DNA of 61,920 nt, counting the filler, from Chiloscyllium plagiosum (Eukaryota): the NCBI RefSeq assembly GCF_004010195.1. It is 3 parts of one record of this genome, joined end to end, with 100 filler letters (N's around TTAATTAATTAA, not from the genome) between each part and the next. Parts side by side here need not be neighbours in the genome. Positions count along the whole stretch, not along the records: positions 1 to 14,421 come from NC_057717.1; 2 more parts are not named here. One strand, 5' to 3'. The position numbers and the translations under genes were made by a program. Below the pieces are notes generated by a model. The model was given only the letters and a program-made list of their open reading frames with translations, ran no database searches and was not told the origin of the DNA. Each line of letters begins with the position of its first letter. Within the stretch, counting starts at the first letter, position 1. Below, piece by piece: positions 1 through 12,830 of the stretch.

Positions 1-3000
1 TTTTGGATGTGGGCATCACTGGATGGGCCCAGCATTTCTTGCCCGTCCCGAGTTGCCCTTGAGAAGGTGGTGGTGAGCTACTTTCTCGAACTGATGCAAT
101 CGACGTGCTCTGTGCGTGGACCCACTAGTGATTAAGGAGGGAATTCTAGTGTATTGAATCAGCAACAGGGAAGGAACGGCGATATATTTCCAAATCAGTA
201 TGTTAACTGGTTTGGAGGGGAATTTGAAGTTGGTGGTGTTCCCAAAAATCTACTGCCCTTGTCATTCTTCATGGAAGTATTTGTGAGATTGGAAGCAGCG
301 CTCTGAGGATCTTTATGGAATTTCTGCATTGTGTCTAGTAGAGAGTACGCACTGTTGTTCCTGAGTGACCGTGGGGAAGGGAGTAAATGCTTGTGGATGT
401 GATGCAAATAAAATGGGCTGCTTTGTCCTGGATGGTGTCAAGCTTCTTTAGTGTTGTTGGGGCTGCACTCAGTCAGGCAAGTGGGGATTATTCCATCTCA
501 TTCCAGACTTGTGTCTTGTAAATGTTGGACAGGCTTTGGGAAGTCAGAAGATGAGTTAATCGCGCAGTATTCCTAGCCTCTGATCTGCTCTTATCTGTGG
601 CGAGTCCAGTTGAGTTTATGGTCAAAAATACCCCCCAAGATTTTGATAGTGGGGAAATTTAGTTATGATAATGCAGCTGAATAACAAGTGGTTATATTGT
701 TTCTTATTCTTGATGGTCATTATCTGGATTTGTGTGGCACGAATGTTACTTGCAACTTGTCAGCCCAAGCCTTGATAATCCCCACTCCCGACCTTATCAT
801 GGAAGGAAGGTCATTGTTGAAGCTGCTGAAGATGTTTGGACCTGGAACATTATCATAAGGGACTACTGCAGAGATGTTCTGGACCTGAGATGACTGACCT
901 CCAACAACAATAACCATCTTACTATCTGTCAGGTATGACTCCAATAATGCAGTGTTGGCTCGCGATCCCGTTTTTGCTTGGGCTCCTTAGTATCACATTT
1001 TCAGAACGCAGCCTTGATGTCAAGGGCTGGAATTCACTTCCTTTTTCTATGTTTGGACCAAGGCTGTGATGAGGTCAGGATCTGAGTGACCCTGGTGGAA
1101 CACAAAATGGGCGTCACTGAGCAGGTGCTGCTTGATAACACTGTTGATGACACCTTCCATCACGTTACTGATGACGGAGAGTACACTGATAAGGCGGTAT
1201 TTGAATGGGTTGACTTTGTCCAGCGTTTTATGTACAGAACATACTTGAGCAGTTTCTGCCATTGTCTGTTTGTAACCGTACTGGAACAGCTTGTTTAGGG
1301 AAGAGGGAAGTTCTGGAGTACAAGTCTTCAGGACTATTGTCGGCATGTTATCAGGGTTATAGCCTTTGCAGTATCCAGTACCTTCAACCGTTTCTTGATA
1401 TCAATCAAACGAATTTGCTGAAGGCTGCTATCTGTAATGATGGGGACCACCGGAGCAGGCCGAAATGGATCATCCACTCAAAACTTCTGACTGAAGGTTG
1501 CTGCGAAAGCTTGAGCCTTGACATTTGCACTGATGTTCTGGGATCTTCCATCATTGAGGATGGGGATATTTGTAGAGACTCCTAGTCCAGTGAGTTGTTG
1601 ATCATCCACCACCATCCATGATTGGATTAAGAGGACTGCATAGCTTAAATCTGTTGCATTCGTTGTGGGATAGCTCAGTTCTATCTGTCCCTTGCTGTTT
1701 ATGTTATTTGGCACGCAAGTATTTCTGTTTGGAAGCTTCAGCAGATTAACATTTTATCTTTGTATATTCCTGGTTCTGCTCGTGGCATGCCCTCCTGCAC
1801 TCTCCATTGAACCAGAGTTGATCCTCTGCCTTGATGGTAATGGTTGAGTGGGGGGATATGATGGGTCATGACATTACAGTTTGTGTTGGAGTACGTTCTG
1901 CTGCTAGTAATGATAGACAGTGTCTTATGGATGCTCAGTCTTGAGTTGCTAGATCTGTTCGAAATCTGTGCCATTTAGCATGGTGATAGTGCCACACAAC
2001 ACAATAGAGTTTATTCTGAATGTGACTGCGAGACTTTTACCGATACTGTCATGGACAGATCTATCCGCAGTTGGTAGATTGGTAAGGATGAGGTCATGCA
2101 TGATTTTTTGCCCCTCCTGTTCTTTCCCTCACCACCTGCTGCAGCCACAATCTAGTAGCTATGTCCTTAAGGACCCGGCTAGCGTGATCAATAGTACTGC
2201 TGCCAACCCATTCTTGGTGGTCGACTTTGAAATCTCCCAGCCAGAATACTTTTTGTGCCCTTGCCTCAGTCAGTGCTTTCTCCAAGTGTTGTTTAACATA
2301 GAGGAGCACTGATTCAGTTGAGGAACGATGTTACGTGGTAATCAGTAAGAGAATTATTTGTCCATGTTTAATCTGAAGCGATGGGACTTCATTAGGCCTG
2401 GAGTCAATTCTGGAGACAGCCAGAGCAACTACCTGCCGACTATATCTCACTAAGCTGCCCCCTCTGCTGGATAGGTCCTGCCTTTGAGGCAGGACATATC
2501 CAGGGATGGTGATGGTGATGACTGGGTTATTTTTGTAAGGTATAATTCCGTGAGTATAACTATGTCAGGCTGTTGCGTGACTAGTCTCTAAGGCAGTTTT
2601 CCCAATTTTGGCACTACCCCTTAGATGATAGCAAAGAAGACTTTGGAGGTTCTACAGTGGCGTTTCGAATGTTGATTTTTCCAGTGCACAGTTTGATGCC
2701 AGGTGGTCCAGCCGGTTTCATTTCATTGAAAATTTGTAACGATTGGTATAACTGAATGACTCACTGGACCATTTCAGGGGGCGATTGGGAGTCAATGACG
2801 TTGCTTTTGGTCTGGATTTGCATGTCAACCAGATCAGGTGCGGATGGAAGATTCCTTCATTGAAGGATATTGATGATCCAGATGGATTTTTGTAAACATC
2901 GGCAATGATTTTATTCTCATAGTTAGATTCTTAATTCCAGGAATATTTTAAAATTATTGAATTGAATTTCCACCATCTGCAGTGGCGGGATTCGAACCTG

Positions 3001-3065
3001 GGTCCAAACAACAAGAGCTGATTGTCTGGATTGATAATCTATCGGTAATAACATGAGACCGACTT
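1..3065 (-). mobile_element. Near full-length decayed CR1/L2-group LINE (APE endonuclease + RT) with a tRNA-like/Deu-domain SINE-like 5' end
   Basis: Minus-strand ORF remnants: QQPDIVILTE (about 2545-2580), WLGDFKVDHQEW (2094-2309), YRLISVLSVISNVMEGVIN (1047-1346), GPNIFSSFNNDLP (720-944). B-box GGTTCGAATCC on the minus strand at 2988-2998. Many stops and frameshifts. Confidence 0.85.
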
Positions 3066-3821
3066 GCAACCACATGTTGTACTCAACTGCTATTTCTTAT
3101 GTTGCCCTGTTTTTCATTCATTGATTATGTTATTCTGGAATTTCATCCATCATTAAATCCTGATTGAAATACACACTCATGAACGTCGTTTCGACTGCTT
3201 GAAATTCATTCAATCTGTTTGGTTTGTACAGACATTTCAAGGCAGCTGCACATCAGAAAAGAATAGGAAGTAAGAATGACTGATTGTGCACTGTACGTGT
3301 CACCGGACCAGCATGTCTGGGTATGTCAGTTCGTCTGATCTTCGAGTATGATAAAAGATCGGCAGAACGTCAAGGGTCGAAGGGTCTGCAATGTGCTGTA
3401 CTGTTCTGTGTTTTATATTTCACCTAGCCTATGGATTCTTATCAATTGTTGAATGTGTGAGGGAGTGATATGTGTAAGATCAGGAAGCTGGGGAGGGGCG
3501 TTAGCCCAAAACTTCCAGTTTTGTTGTTCATTGTTCCATTCACCGAATGCCATTACAGTATGTGTGGTGTCCTACACCACGCAGGCTCCGCCAAGTTCAG
3601 TTATTAACATGATTCTTGACTGGTCATTTGCTGCTCTTTTCTTCAGATACAATCTTTTGGGTGACACATGTAGTAATCAGATGTTTGCTATGTTTCGTGA
3701 ATTGGTCAAAAATAAGACGTCAGTTATGATTATTCGACTGAACTATAATCTCTGAAAAGCATTAGGTTGATTCTATATTTATGGACCTATAATATAAACT
3801 CCAGTCAAGATTTTCTAACAG

Positions 3822-3980
3822 AGAAATAAAGAATGTACATTTTATTTTGTATCGAACAAACAACACGGATGTAACTCTTTTGGCGATCCGAATTACATAC
3901 ACAATGTCAGAATTCAAAATAATGCATTGTCACTCCAACATTTTGAACGCGGTTGGCTTCTGAATGATTACATGTTCAGG
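3822..3980 (+). other. Candidate 159-nt phase 0-0 coding exon of an unidentified gene
   Basis: Acceptor ttttctaacag and donor AGG/gtgagc bracket 53 open codons (RNKECTFYFVSNKQHGCNSFGDPNYIHNVRIQNNALSLQHFERGWLLNDYMFR) in non-repetitive DNA. No family recognised. Confidence 0.25.
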
Positions 3981-4887
3981 GTGAGCCAACGGTTGAACAA
4001 TCAAATAGAATTAGCGTTCTTATACATTTATACATAATCAATCAGTTTAATTTCTCACTGAAATGTACAAGCTTCAGCTATTTGTCAGCGAATTGGAAAT
4101 GGCTATAATTCAACATGCACTGTGAATATTAAACTAAATAAATGATTTGTGTTATCAAATTTAATGAACAATAATTTGAAACCGTTTAAATTTTAGAAAA
4201 AATGTTATTTAATTTGAAATGCAGACAGTGAACAAAAACGATAAACATATTATCGTGACTGAAAAGTCAGATCTTTTCAAAGACATTTGTGCCAAAGCAA
4301 TGACAGATTTGTTTTCGTAATTGGAATACAATATTTAAAATATTCATGTTCTGAGCAATAATTAGACTACATAATGAAGATGGTCTTGCAATACTTGCAT
4401 TTTAAATGTTTATGCTGTACTAAATAATCAGATATGCGCCACCATTTACAATGAGAAATACAGATACTGACTTTTATTCACATCAGACACATGATAGAGT
4501 GCAAAACTTTAAAGTACAGGAGGAGATCATTGGCCACTGTTTGTGCATCAGCTCAAGGAATGTCTCCAAAGCCCCTCCCATTTGCTAGACTTATCTCTGC
4601 AGCCTGTTATATTCATATTTCCAAATACATATCCAGATCTCTTTTTAATCTCCATCCACAACTCTCCCAAGCAGTCCATTCCAAATCCTAACAACTCTCT
4701 CAATAAAGAAGTTTTTCCTTATCTCAAACCTGGTTCTTTTGTTAACAATCTTGGAATTAGAACTCCTTGATGATGTATTGCCAACTAACGGATACAGAGT
4801 ATTCCTGTTTTACTCTACAATGTTTTTCATACTTTTGAGCACGGCAATAAATTCACATCTTTGTCTGTTCTCCTCCAGGAAGAATAA

Positions 4888-5660
4888 GCCTTGCAAAAAC
4901 CGTAACAAGCACTACATTGGAAAAACAGGCAGAAAACTAGCCACCTGGATACATGATCAACAGCTATCCAAAAAAAAAATCATGACCCACTATCACTAGT
5001 ATCCTTACATACAGATGAGAAAGTACACCATTTCGACTGGGTCCATCTAGGACAAGCCAAACAGAGAGTTCCTAGAAGCAGAGCATTCCAATCTGAACTC
5101 TATCAACAAACACATCAATTTTGATTCCATCTAACACTCTCTGAGAAAAAAAGAACCGGACATAAAATCACCAATACTGGAAATTACATCACTGACTCAA
5201 GGAAACCTGAACACATAAATAGCAAGTGGGACATAACACCAGCACTTTTTTTTAGATTAGATTACGTACAGTGTGGAAACAGGCCCTTTGGCCCAACAAG
5301 TCCACACCACCCCGCCGAAGCGAAATCCACCCATACCCTACATTTACACCTTACCTAACACTACGGGCAATTTAGCATGGCCAATTCACCTGACCTGCAC
5401 ATCTTTGGACTGTGGGAGGAAACCGGAGCACCCGGAGGAAACCCACGCAGACACGGGGAGAACGTGCAAACTCCACACAGTCAGTCGCCTGAGGCGGGAA
5501 TTGAACCCGTGTCTCTGACGCTGTGAGGCAGCAGTGCTAACCACTGTGCCACCGTGCCGCCCACTTTACCAGAGGCTCACTGATAATGTTCCCTAGTATA
5601 GTTATGAACCATCTGAAAATGAACTCTCCAACTCAGTGAGCAAACTGATATCCAGAAGAA
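4888..5660 (+). mobile_element. Penelope-like element 3' fragment (GIY-YIG endonuclease end), interrupted by a SINE
   Basis: PCKNRNKHYIGKTGRKLATWIHDQQL resembles the GIY-YIG YIGxTxRxLxxRIxEH motif. A degenerate hammerhead-like core (ctgataatg...atgaacc) lies near 5580-5612. Confidence 0.75.
5249..5562 (-). mobile_element. Young full-length HE1-type V-SINE (tRNA-derived)
   Basis: Reverse complement starts gggcggcacggtggcacagtggttagcactgctgcctcacagcg, has B-box ggttcaattcc, V-domain tgtgtggagtttgcacgttctccccgtgtctgcgtgggtttcctccggg and a taatc-repeat tail. Flanked by acttt at 5244-5248 and 5563-5567 (likely TSD). Confidence 0.9.
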
Positions 5661-5819
5661 GCGCAATTTCTCTCATCCTCTCTTTAACTAAATACTTCAT
5701 TCCAGTTATCATTCCGATTATTTTAAGGTTATTTGTATTCTTCTGCAAAGTAATTCGGTGTCTGTCTTTCTGTCTTCTGAATGTGTGTATGTTGGTGGGG
5801 GGGGGAGGGGGGCGATGGT

Positions 5820-5932
5820 GCGAGAGAGAGAGACGGCGAGACTGAGAGAGGGAGAGAGAGAGAGAGAAAGAAAACAAACTTCTGAGAGGAGAGGGAGAGA
5901 GAGAGAGAGAGAGAAAGAAAACAAACTTCTGT
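5820..5932. repeat. (GA)n microsatellite with a duplicated gaaagaaaacaaacttctg spacer
   Basis: Directly visible in the sequence. Confidence 0.9.
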
Positions 5933-6004
5933 AATCTCTGGATTACTCACTGTGCCATGTGGAAAATAGAGAAGGATGAGGAAAACAGTATAGTTTAACA
6001 TGTT

Positions 6005-6500
6005 GTTAACAAACTAGTTCAAGGGTGGGGGTTTCAGATTTTTTGATCAATGGAACCTCTTCCAAGACAGGCGGGGACCTGTACAAAAAAGACAGGTTGT
6101 ATCTTAACTGGACGAGCACCAACATCCTTGTGGGAGGAGCTGGTTTGTTCGTGCAAGTCAGATGGATTTGAATAAACCAGGAGAGTGAGAACAAAACAGC
6201 AGATCAGGAAGTAAGTAGAAGGTCGAGGTGAATAGGACATCAGACACGACCAGTCTAATGACCATGCCGAGAGAAGGAATCAAATCAGTCCAAAATGTGA
6301 GATGGGAGTTGTAATAAATTATCGAGATTAGGTGCAGGTTTTTCAGGGATTAATAAAATAATGATGGAGAGTGTGTGAGGGAGTGAGGTGTGTGAGAATA
6401 GGGAGACAGTTCACAAGAAAATGATAAAGTGGAAAGAGGTTGGGGTGGGGAATTCTGTGAGAAACAACTGGCAAAAAAACAACACTGGAAAACTTGCTGT
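6005..6500 (+). mobile_element. Old CR1 fragment (ORF1 esterase-like C-terminus into ORF2 start)
   Basis: gacctgtacaaaaaagacaggttgtatcttaactgg encodes DLYKKDRLYLNW, resembling the CR1 ORF1 DLYKxDGLHLN motif. Confidence 0.55.
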
Positions 6501-6869
6501 TTGTCAAAGTGAATACCTGGGAAATAATTTATTCTGTTTCATAGAAATAACATCCTTATTGCTAGAGGTCTTTATTATAATGGAGGAAAAGCTGTGTTCA
6601 AATTATGGCTGTAACTATAATAATGGTGGCAAACAGTTAGAATATTATCAGTGCTGTTGTTGGACAATGCATACAGTGAGCATGTGAATTAGCCTGGATG
6701 TTCCCAGAGATGGCTGGGCTGACTTTGGTTGGGTATATGCTGAAGCTGCATGAGATGATGCTGCTTTGTAATATAGCTACTTACTGAGTACAGTCAAAGG
6801 AACAAAGCCGTAACTGCAATTGCTTATTGTTTCAGAATATACCAGAGAGTTCATGGCTGCCATTGCAAA

Positions 6870-7440
6870 GAATCATGCAATGAAAAACAGGCCTATCACG
6901 TCTGTGCCAGCAAGTGCATATCCAAAGGCTTTTTAAATGTTTGTGAGGTTACTTGCCTCAACCACCCTCCAAGACAACACATTCCAGATTCATACTATCC
7001 TCTCACTTCGAAACACATTCCACAAATCCTCTCTCAAACCCCTCCCTTTCTCTTTAAAAGTGAGTCCCTTTGTTTTTGATCATTTGACTAAGGAAAACAG
7101 CTGTTGTCTGTCCATCCTCTCCATACCCCTTATGCTCTTGTACACCTGTACCAGATTCCCTCGTCAACCTTCCATGCTGCAAAGAAAAAAAACAAGCAAA
7201 TTTAGCCGTCCTCTTCCATACTCGCTTTTGAGTATTTACTTGTCTTGTTACTTCTGAATTGCATCTTCCAAATTTATCGGTGTTAAATTTCATCAGGCCA
7301 TTGATCTGGCAATTTGAATAATTTGTTTATATCCTCCTGTAGCCTAACACTTTCCTCCTGACTGTGATCCACCCAGCCCATCTTTGTGTCATCCTCAACA
7401 TTGATCATCATTCCACTGATCCCCACCTCCACATTCTCAT
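6870..7440 (-). mobile_element. Old CR1 3' fragment
   Basis: ORF 7283-7468 (DDTKMG...SVRLQEDINKL) and 7054-7293 (MKFNTDK) match CR1 RT/thumb motifs. Confidence 0.7.
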
Positions 7441-10094
7441 AATCGTCATTTCTGAATATCACAAACAACCCGTCATTTCCTTCCTGTTCTCCAAATGTTA
7501 TTCAGAGGGTGATTTGACAATTCCAGTTTCTTGCTTTCCCTATTTTGGTGAATTTATGAGTGATGTAATTAACACAATACATGAGGGAGCCACAAATAGC
7601 ATTTTCGACACAGAGTTGAATTTACTTTTTACACCCTGCCCCTCTGCATGTTTGATTTATAAACCTTGTAAATAATTTAGGATAAGCTGGGGTTTGGCAC
7701 CTTGCGCTGGAACATTAGCATTTTGCGTGGCACTGTTCTTTGTAACATTCCCTGCAATAGCCAGACCTGAGAAATTTTTCATCTGCAGGATGGACGTGGA
7801 CTCATTAATTGTTTGTTTAAATCAGCGAGTGTGATGGGGAAAAATATTCAATTAAATTCGATGTTATAGGCAAACTGCAGAAGGTCAAACCATATTATCA
7901 TATCCACCTTGAATTGGAAGCAAATACATATTGGAAAATAATCAAAAATATTGAGACACCACAGTAGGGGAGAAAAAAAACATGTTGTCTGTTCTGGATG
8001 GAGATTTAGAAATATCGAGTACATGTACAAACTGAGCAAGGACCAAGCCATAGAAGAGAGAGTACAAGAAATCCTTTCTGAATTTTGAATGGAATCCAGA
8101 TCCCGATTTTCTCGAACAGTGATGGCTTCTCATCCAATCTCACCATTCAGTCTCTTCTGCATATAAACCAATATTTTCCATGTTACCATCAGTTTTGAGG
8201 AAGGCGCACTGGACTTGAAATGCTAACTCTGATTTCTCTGCACAGATGCTGCCAGACCTGCTGAGCATTTGCAGCAACTCCTGCTGTGCTTCAACATTTA
8301 GATCACAAGTTCTCACAATAAATACATCATCGATAGTTAATAGCCCTGTCAAACAGAGGAACTTTGTAACTTTTCATTTAATGTCCTTAACAAATTACTC
8401 GAGATTCAACTAAGATAACAGTTTTGCTGTTATCATTCAGATCAGACACTTTTCACAGTTCAGAAAGAAGAAAGAAATCAAAACAGCTGGAGCGAAACTC
8501 AGTAGATCTGGCAAAATCTGAGCAGAGATGCAAAAAAATGACCTTTGTTTCTAATATGACTTTTCAGAACAGTGTCTCATCATATTGCATATGTTAATTC
8601 TGTTGCTCTCTGCTAATACTTACTCATCTTTTCGTTTCTCTAGCATGTTCTATGTGTATTTCATGTTTCTTGACAGGTCTACTTGTTGAACTTGGAAATA
8701 TCTGGACAATGTGGTCATTTCTTGTTTCCGTTACAGTTGGTGTGACTGTGACACCTGAATTGCAGCCGAAATCAGTTTGTTCTTGAAGATAGAAAATCAA
8801 AAAAACCTGAATATCCTGTAAATCTCAGAAAATCAGTTTTTTGTGTAAATACATTTTAGAGGCAGCTGGACTTCATGAAATAATAAACAAAGATTTTTTT
8901 TTAAGATGGAACACTCTGTATCCTTGATTGTACAAGCTTGTCTCCCCACTCTCCAAAATCTTTCAATGCATAACATAGAATTATTAAGAAAAGGTTATGA
9001 AAACTCAGCCCATTGTCTCTTTCAGTTTGGAATGAGCGATATCTCTACTATTATTCTCCTGTATTGTCCCTATAGCCCTGCACATTTTTTTGTTAGTATC
9101 TGCTTTTAATTGTAAGCACCCTGCCAGATATGAACAATATGATCAATCTCAAACAAAAACAGACGTTGGAGGGAAAGCTCACCAGGTCTGGCTGTATCTG
9201 TGAAGAGAAATCAAAGTTCATGCTTCAGGTGCGGTGACCCTACTCAATCTGTATTAGCAATGATTAAATGGTGTGTATATAATATATAGATCACTTTATC
9301 ACATTTAAAATTCTTCTGTTTAGTTCACATTGTCATTCAGCATTGCATCTACCAAACATTGACTCTTTCCTTGTTGTGAGCTGTATTTAATTCTGTATGA
9401 TATTAAGAGTGATGATGACTGGGGAATATCATTGTACTCCCCATGCAGTCTCCACAGCCACTAGCACCATTCCACCCTTTCTCCCAGCCAAACCTGACTC
9501 ATTAATTCAAAGGTTTTAATGAATACTTTCACTTTTGATTTTGGACTGAGGGGAAAAAAGGTTAAAAATTACTGCTTTACAGCAAACAAAACTGTATTAG
9601 AATGTTTGTCAATTTTTATAAATTAAAAACTGAAGCATATTCTGTATGGAAGTTCCAACGTTAATTGATTAGAGCAGTGAGAGGAACATTCAGAGAAGTC
9701 CACACTTCCTGTCTATGTTCAGGGCAACTGTGCCCAGTGACAGTGTGTTGGCTGGCATTTGTTCCCGTGGCTCAGCACAATAACAACATCCTGATTGTGT
9801 TTCTTTTTTTTTGTGGAGGGGCGGAGATTCGGGGTAAGATGGTTACAGCATTGCAAACGTGAAAGAGAGCAGAGTCATCTAGCCTGCGATAAGAAAACAT
9901 CCACCATTCTCCCTCACAACTGACTTCACTAGAGGAATTGGTGATAGGAGGTGTGACCAATAGCCTGCGATGTCAGTATCCAGTCCAGTCCAGTTATATT
10001 GTGAACTGAATGTGCTGTATAGAATGCTGGAACTGTTTGCTCAGTGACTGTGATTGATGTCAGTCTCCATGCATTGTAACTGTGTCACTTATTA

Positions 10095-10425
10095 ACCGAA
10101 AAACATTGTTTCAAGCGATTTGTTTCAAGTCCTACCACAGCTGATGGCAGAACGTAAATACAAAATGATAAGAATTCGAAAAGAAGTGAATTTCACGAAA
10201 AACAACCATAAACCCACATTTTGTCTGAAAATCTTGCTGTTTCACTGATGACCTTCGGTAAAGAAATCTAATGTTACTACCCGGTCTGGGTTAAGTGTGA
10301 CTTCAGACCCATATCAATGTGCTTGACTTTATATTAGTTTGTGGAATGGCCTCACTGTCAGGACAATTATTGATGATTAACAAATGCTGCCCTTGGCAGA
10401 GATGCCGACTTCCCATGGAAGAACA
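10095..10425 (+). mobile_element. Degenerate SacSINE1-like (Deu-domain) SINE; paralogous copy at about 15640-15965
   Basis: B-box-like gtttcaagtcc, Deu-like core ccggtctggg...tgtgacttcagaccc, and tail aaatgctgcccttggcagagatgcc. Confidence 0.65.
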
Positions 10426-11224
10426 AATTTGAAGGTTAAACCAAATAAAGAAAGATGCTGGAGATCTGAAATTGCATAAAAAAAATGCAAAGAAAAGAAC
10501 AGAAAGTGCAGGGGAGCTTTTCTGAACTGAAAGCAGTTGGAAAATAGTGTGAATAATGCTGGTGACAGGGAAGTCTGCTTTGAAGGGGAGGAGGAGTGAG
10601 TTAAATCGATAGAGAAAGAGAGGGATAGACGGAAAAGAGCAAACAAAGGGAATGATGATCAACTGGAATGGAAATAAAATATGCGATTCGCCTCATTTAT
10701 TTTTAACTTTTCCCATCTTCCTGAAAGTCATGCCTGTGCCGGTACATGTATCCCCCGCTTTTCAAAAATTCACTTTTTGCCACTCCCCTTTCCGAAAAAC
10801 CTCCATTGCGTCCTGTTTTCGATAACCAAAAGAATTCTGAAGAGGATTTCACTTTTACCAAGAAAGGTGAATTTTTCCCACATAAATTAATGCTAATTCG
10901 CTTTATGCCATATCAGCTTATGAAAGGTTTTGTTGGAACACTTTACTTTCAGATACCGAGAGAAGCCTGTATATATCTAAGATCATGTTTAAAGTGATAT
11001 GATCCCACCTGTCTTTCCTCTTTGAGTGTCGTCATCTTCTTAAATTTATTAATGGGATATAGGTATCTCTGGCTGGGCCAGCATTAGTTCACTTTTTTGA
11101 TTGCCCTCGAGAAGACCTTGAGCCTCACATGGCACTTAAACAGAGTGAGGCACACAAGGTGACAGGAGGTATGCAATTCAAGATCGTCTTTAGCAAGATT
11201 AATATTATTTGAAAAGTTAGAGAT

Positions 11225-11520
11225 TTCAATTCGCCAGTGCAATTACGGTGGGGAAGAAGATGTTCCTGAGCATGCTGTTCCATGTTTTCAAGCCTCTGTA
11301 TCTCCTCCCTTTGGACGAGGTTGGAGAGATCATTACCGGTTTTGGAGAGATATTTGATGTTGCCAGCCTATCGCTGACAATGAGAAGTATGAATGGTTGG
11401 AAGATTGTCTTCCATGATAGTCTGGGTTGTGCACACAACCGTCTGTAGTTTCTTATGGTCCTGGGATGAGCAGTTACCGTAACACTATTATGCATGTAAA
11501 TAGAATGCTTACAGTTGCCA
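11225..11520 (-). mobile_element. Rex1/Babar LINE 3' fragment
   Basis: Minus strand encodes ...SSKGRRYRGLKTWNSMLRNIFFPTVI, resembling the Rex1 C-terminal GRRYRSL...R.RNSFFP motif. Confidence 0.7.
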
Positions 11521-12202
11521 GTGTGCAGAGCACTCGGAGAAGGCAGTTCCAAGATATATAGATGAAAAAATTGGCTGTTAAATGGATATCTACATTCTGG
11601 TTGCTGTTTTGGCAACAATTGAAATTTAACCAATAAATTTAAATTATGTCCAAGATACCAAAACACAATTGAGTGCACTGTATTGCCAACATCCAACCAA
11701 AGAGCCATCACATGCTTCAAAAGAATAGAGTTGCCATCACCATCACAACGAGGGAGAAAGAGACGGACACGTATAAGGAGAGAGAGAACACAGCGAGGGA
11801 AACAGAAGGACAGCCAGTAAAACAGAAAAAGGAAACAAAACAAGAAACAAACAGTCACCTGGACAGGGAGAAGGGGAGATAGTAAGTTCAGGGAAAGAAA
11901 CGGAAGACAGAGAAAAGGAAAACACAGGGTACAGACAGTGTAAGATAAATAGTGAGATACAAAGCACACATGGAGCTGGGAATGGGGAATTTGAGGTGCT
12001 GTGGGTGAGGACCGGAGAGACGTGGGAGTGAGCACTGGAGGGAGCTGGGGGGAGGGAGGTGAGCATTTACTTTGACCTGTAACAAGATGTACAGTCAAAT
12101 CATAGTAAGCAAGGATATACAGAACGATAGCTGTAAAACATGTCTGAGAGGCATGCAGGTTACACTGCACAGGGCGTGCGCGAGGCGAGATCAAAATCAG
12201 CA

Positions 12203-12830
12203 TTATTCGAGATTAGAGAGTCCATTCATCAGTCTAATAACAGTCAGGAAGAAGCTGTTCATGAACCAGCTGCTCAGTGTTTTCAAGCTTCTGTATCTTT
12301 TAGCTAATGGAAGAGGTTGGAGGAGACATTTACTGTGGTCTGATGGGTTTTTGATAATGTTATAACAAAGAACATTCCAGCACAGAAACAGGCCATCCGG
12401 TGTTCCAAGCCTGTGCCGATCCAAATCTTCCTCTAAACCTGTCGCCTATTTTCTAAGGATCTGTATCCCTTTGTTCCCTGCCCATTCCTGTATCTTTCCA
12501 GAAACATCTTAAAATAAACCACTGGTCACTGTTCTCCATTCTGAGAAACTCCCTCCCCCTACTATTCTCTGCCACCTGTTGTCCAGCCAGTTCTATATCT
12601 ACCTAGCTCGCGCACCATGTGACTTCACTTTCGCCATACTCCGACCATGGGGAAACATACCAAACGCCTTCCTGTAGTCCATGAACATGACATCTACAAT
12701 CCCTCCCTCATCAATCAACTTTGTCACGTCCTCAAAGAATTCTATTGATTTGGTGAGACATGACCTTCTCTTCACAAAACCATGTCGCCTATCATTAATA
12801 AGACATTTTTCATTCAAATAAGAATAATTC
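12203..12830 (-). mobile_element. Rex1 3' tail (12203-12360) abutting an internally deleted CR1 (12362-12830)
   Basis: AKRYRSLKTLSSWFMNSFFLTVIRLMN (Rex1) and RHGFVKRRSCLTKSIEFFEDVTK...MDYRKAF (CR1 RT). The same pair recurs at 16541-17395. Confidence 0.75.

Larger units (their letters stand above)
10045..12810 (+). repeat. Local segmental duplicate of 14816-17165, lacking the GPCR exon
   Basis: 10045-10089 matches 14817-14859, 10090-10720 matches 15635-16270, and 11975-12810 matches 16307-17165, collinearly. Confidence 0.85.

Noticed and set aside
4225..4240. V(D)J recombination signal (acagtg next to acaaaaac); also isolated cactgtg/cacagtg heptamers elsewhere
   Set aside because: No 12/23-bp spacer geometry and no V, D or J segment recognised nearby.
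5480..5562. tRNA gene
   Set aside because: The A/B boxes belong to the head of an HE1-type SINE with a V-domain and tail; it is not a standalone cloverleaf.
11226..12203. 325-aa ORF as a real membrane protein
   Set aside because: A mosaic of a Rex1 3' end, the antisense of a purine-rich low-complexity tract and duplicated non-coding DNA. The paralog at 16.3-16.5 kb does not keep a long frame.
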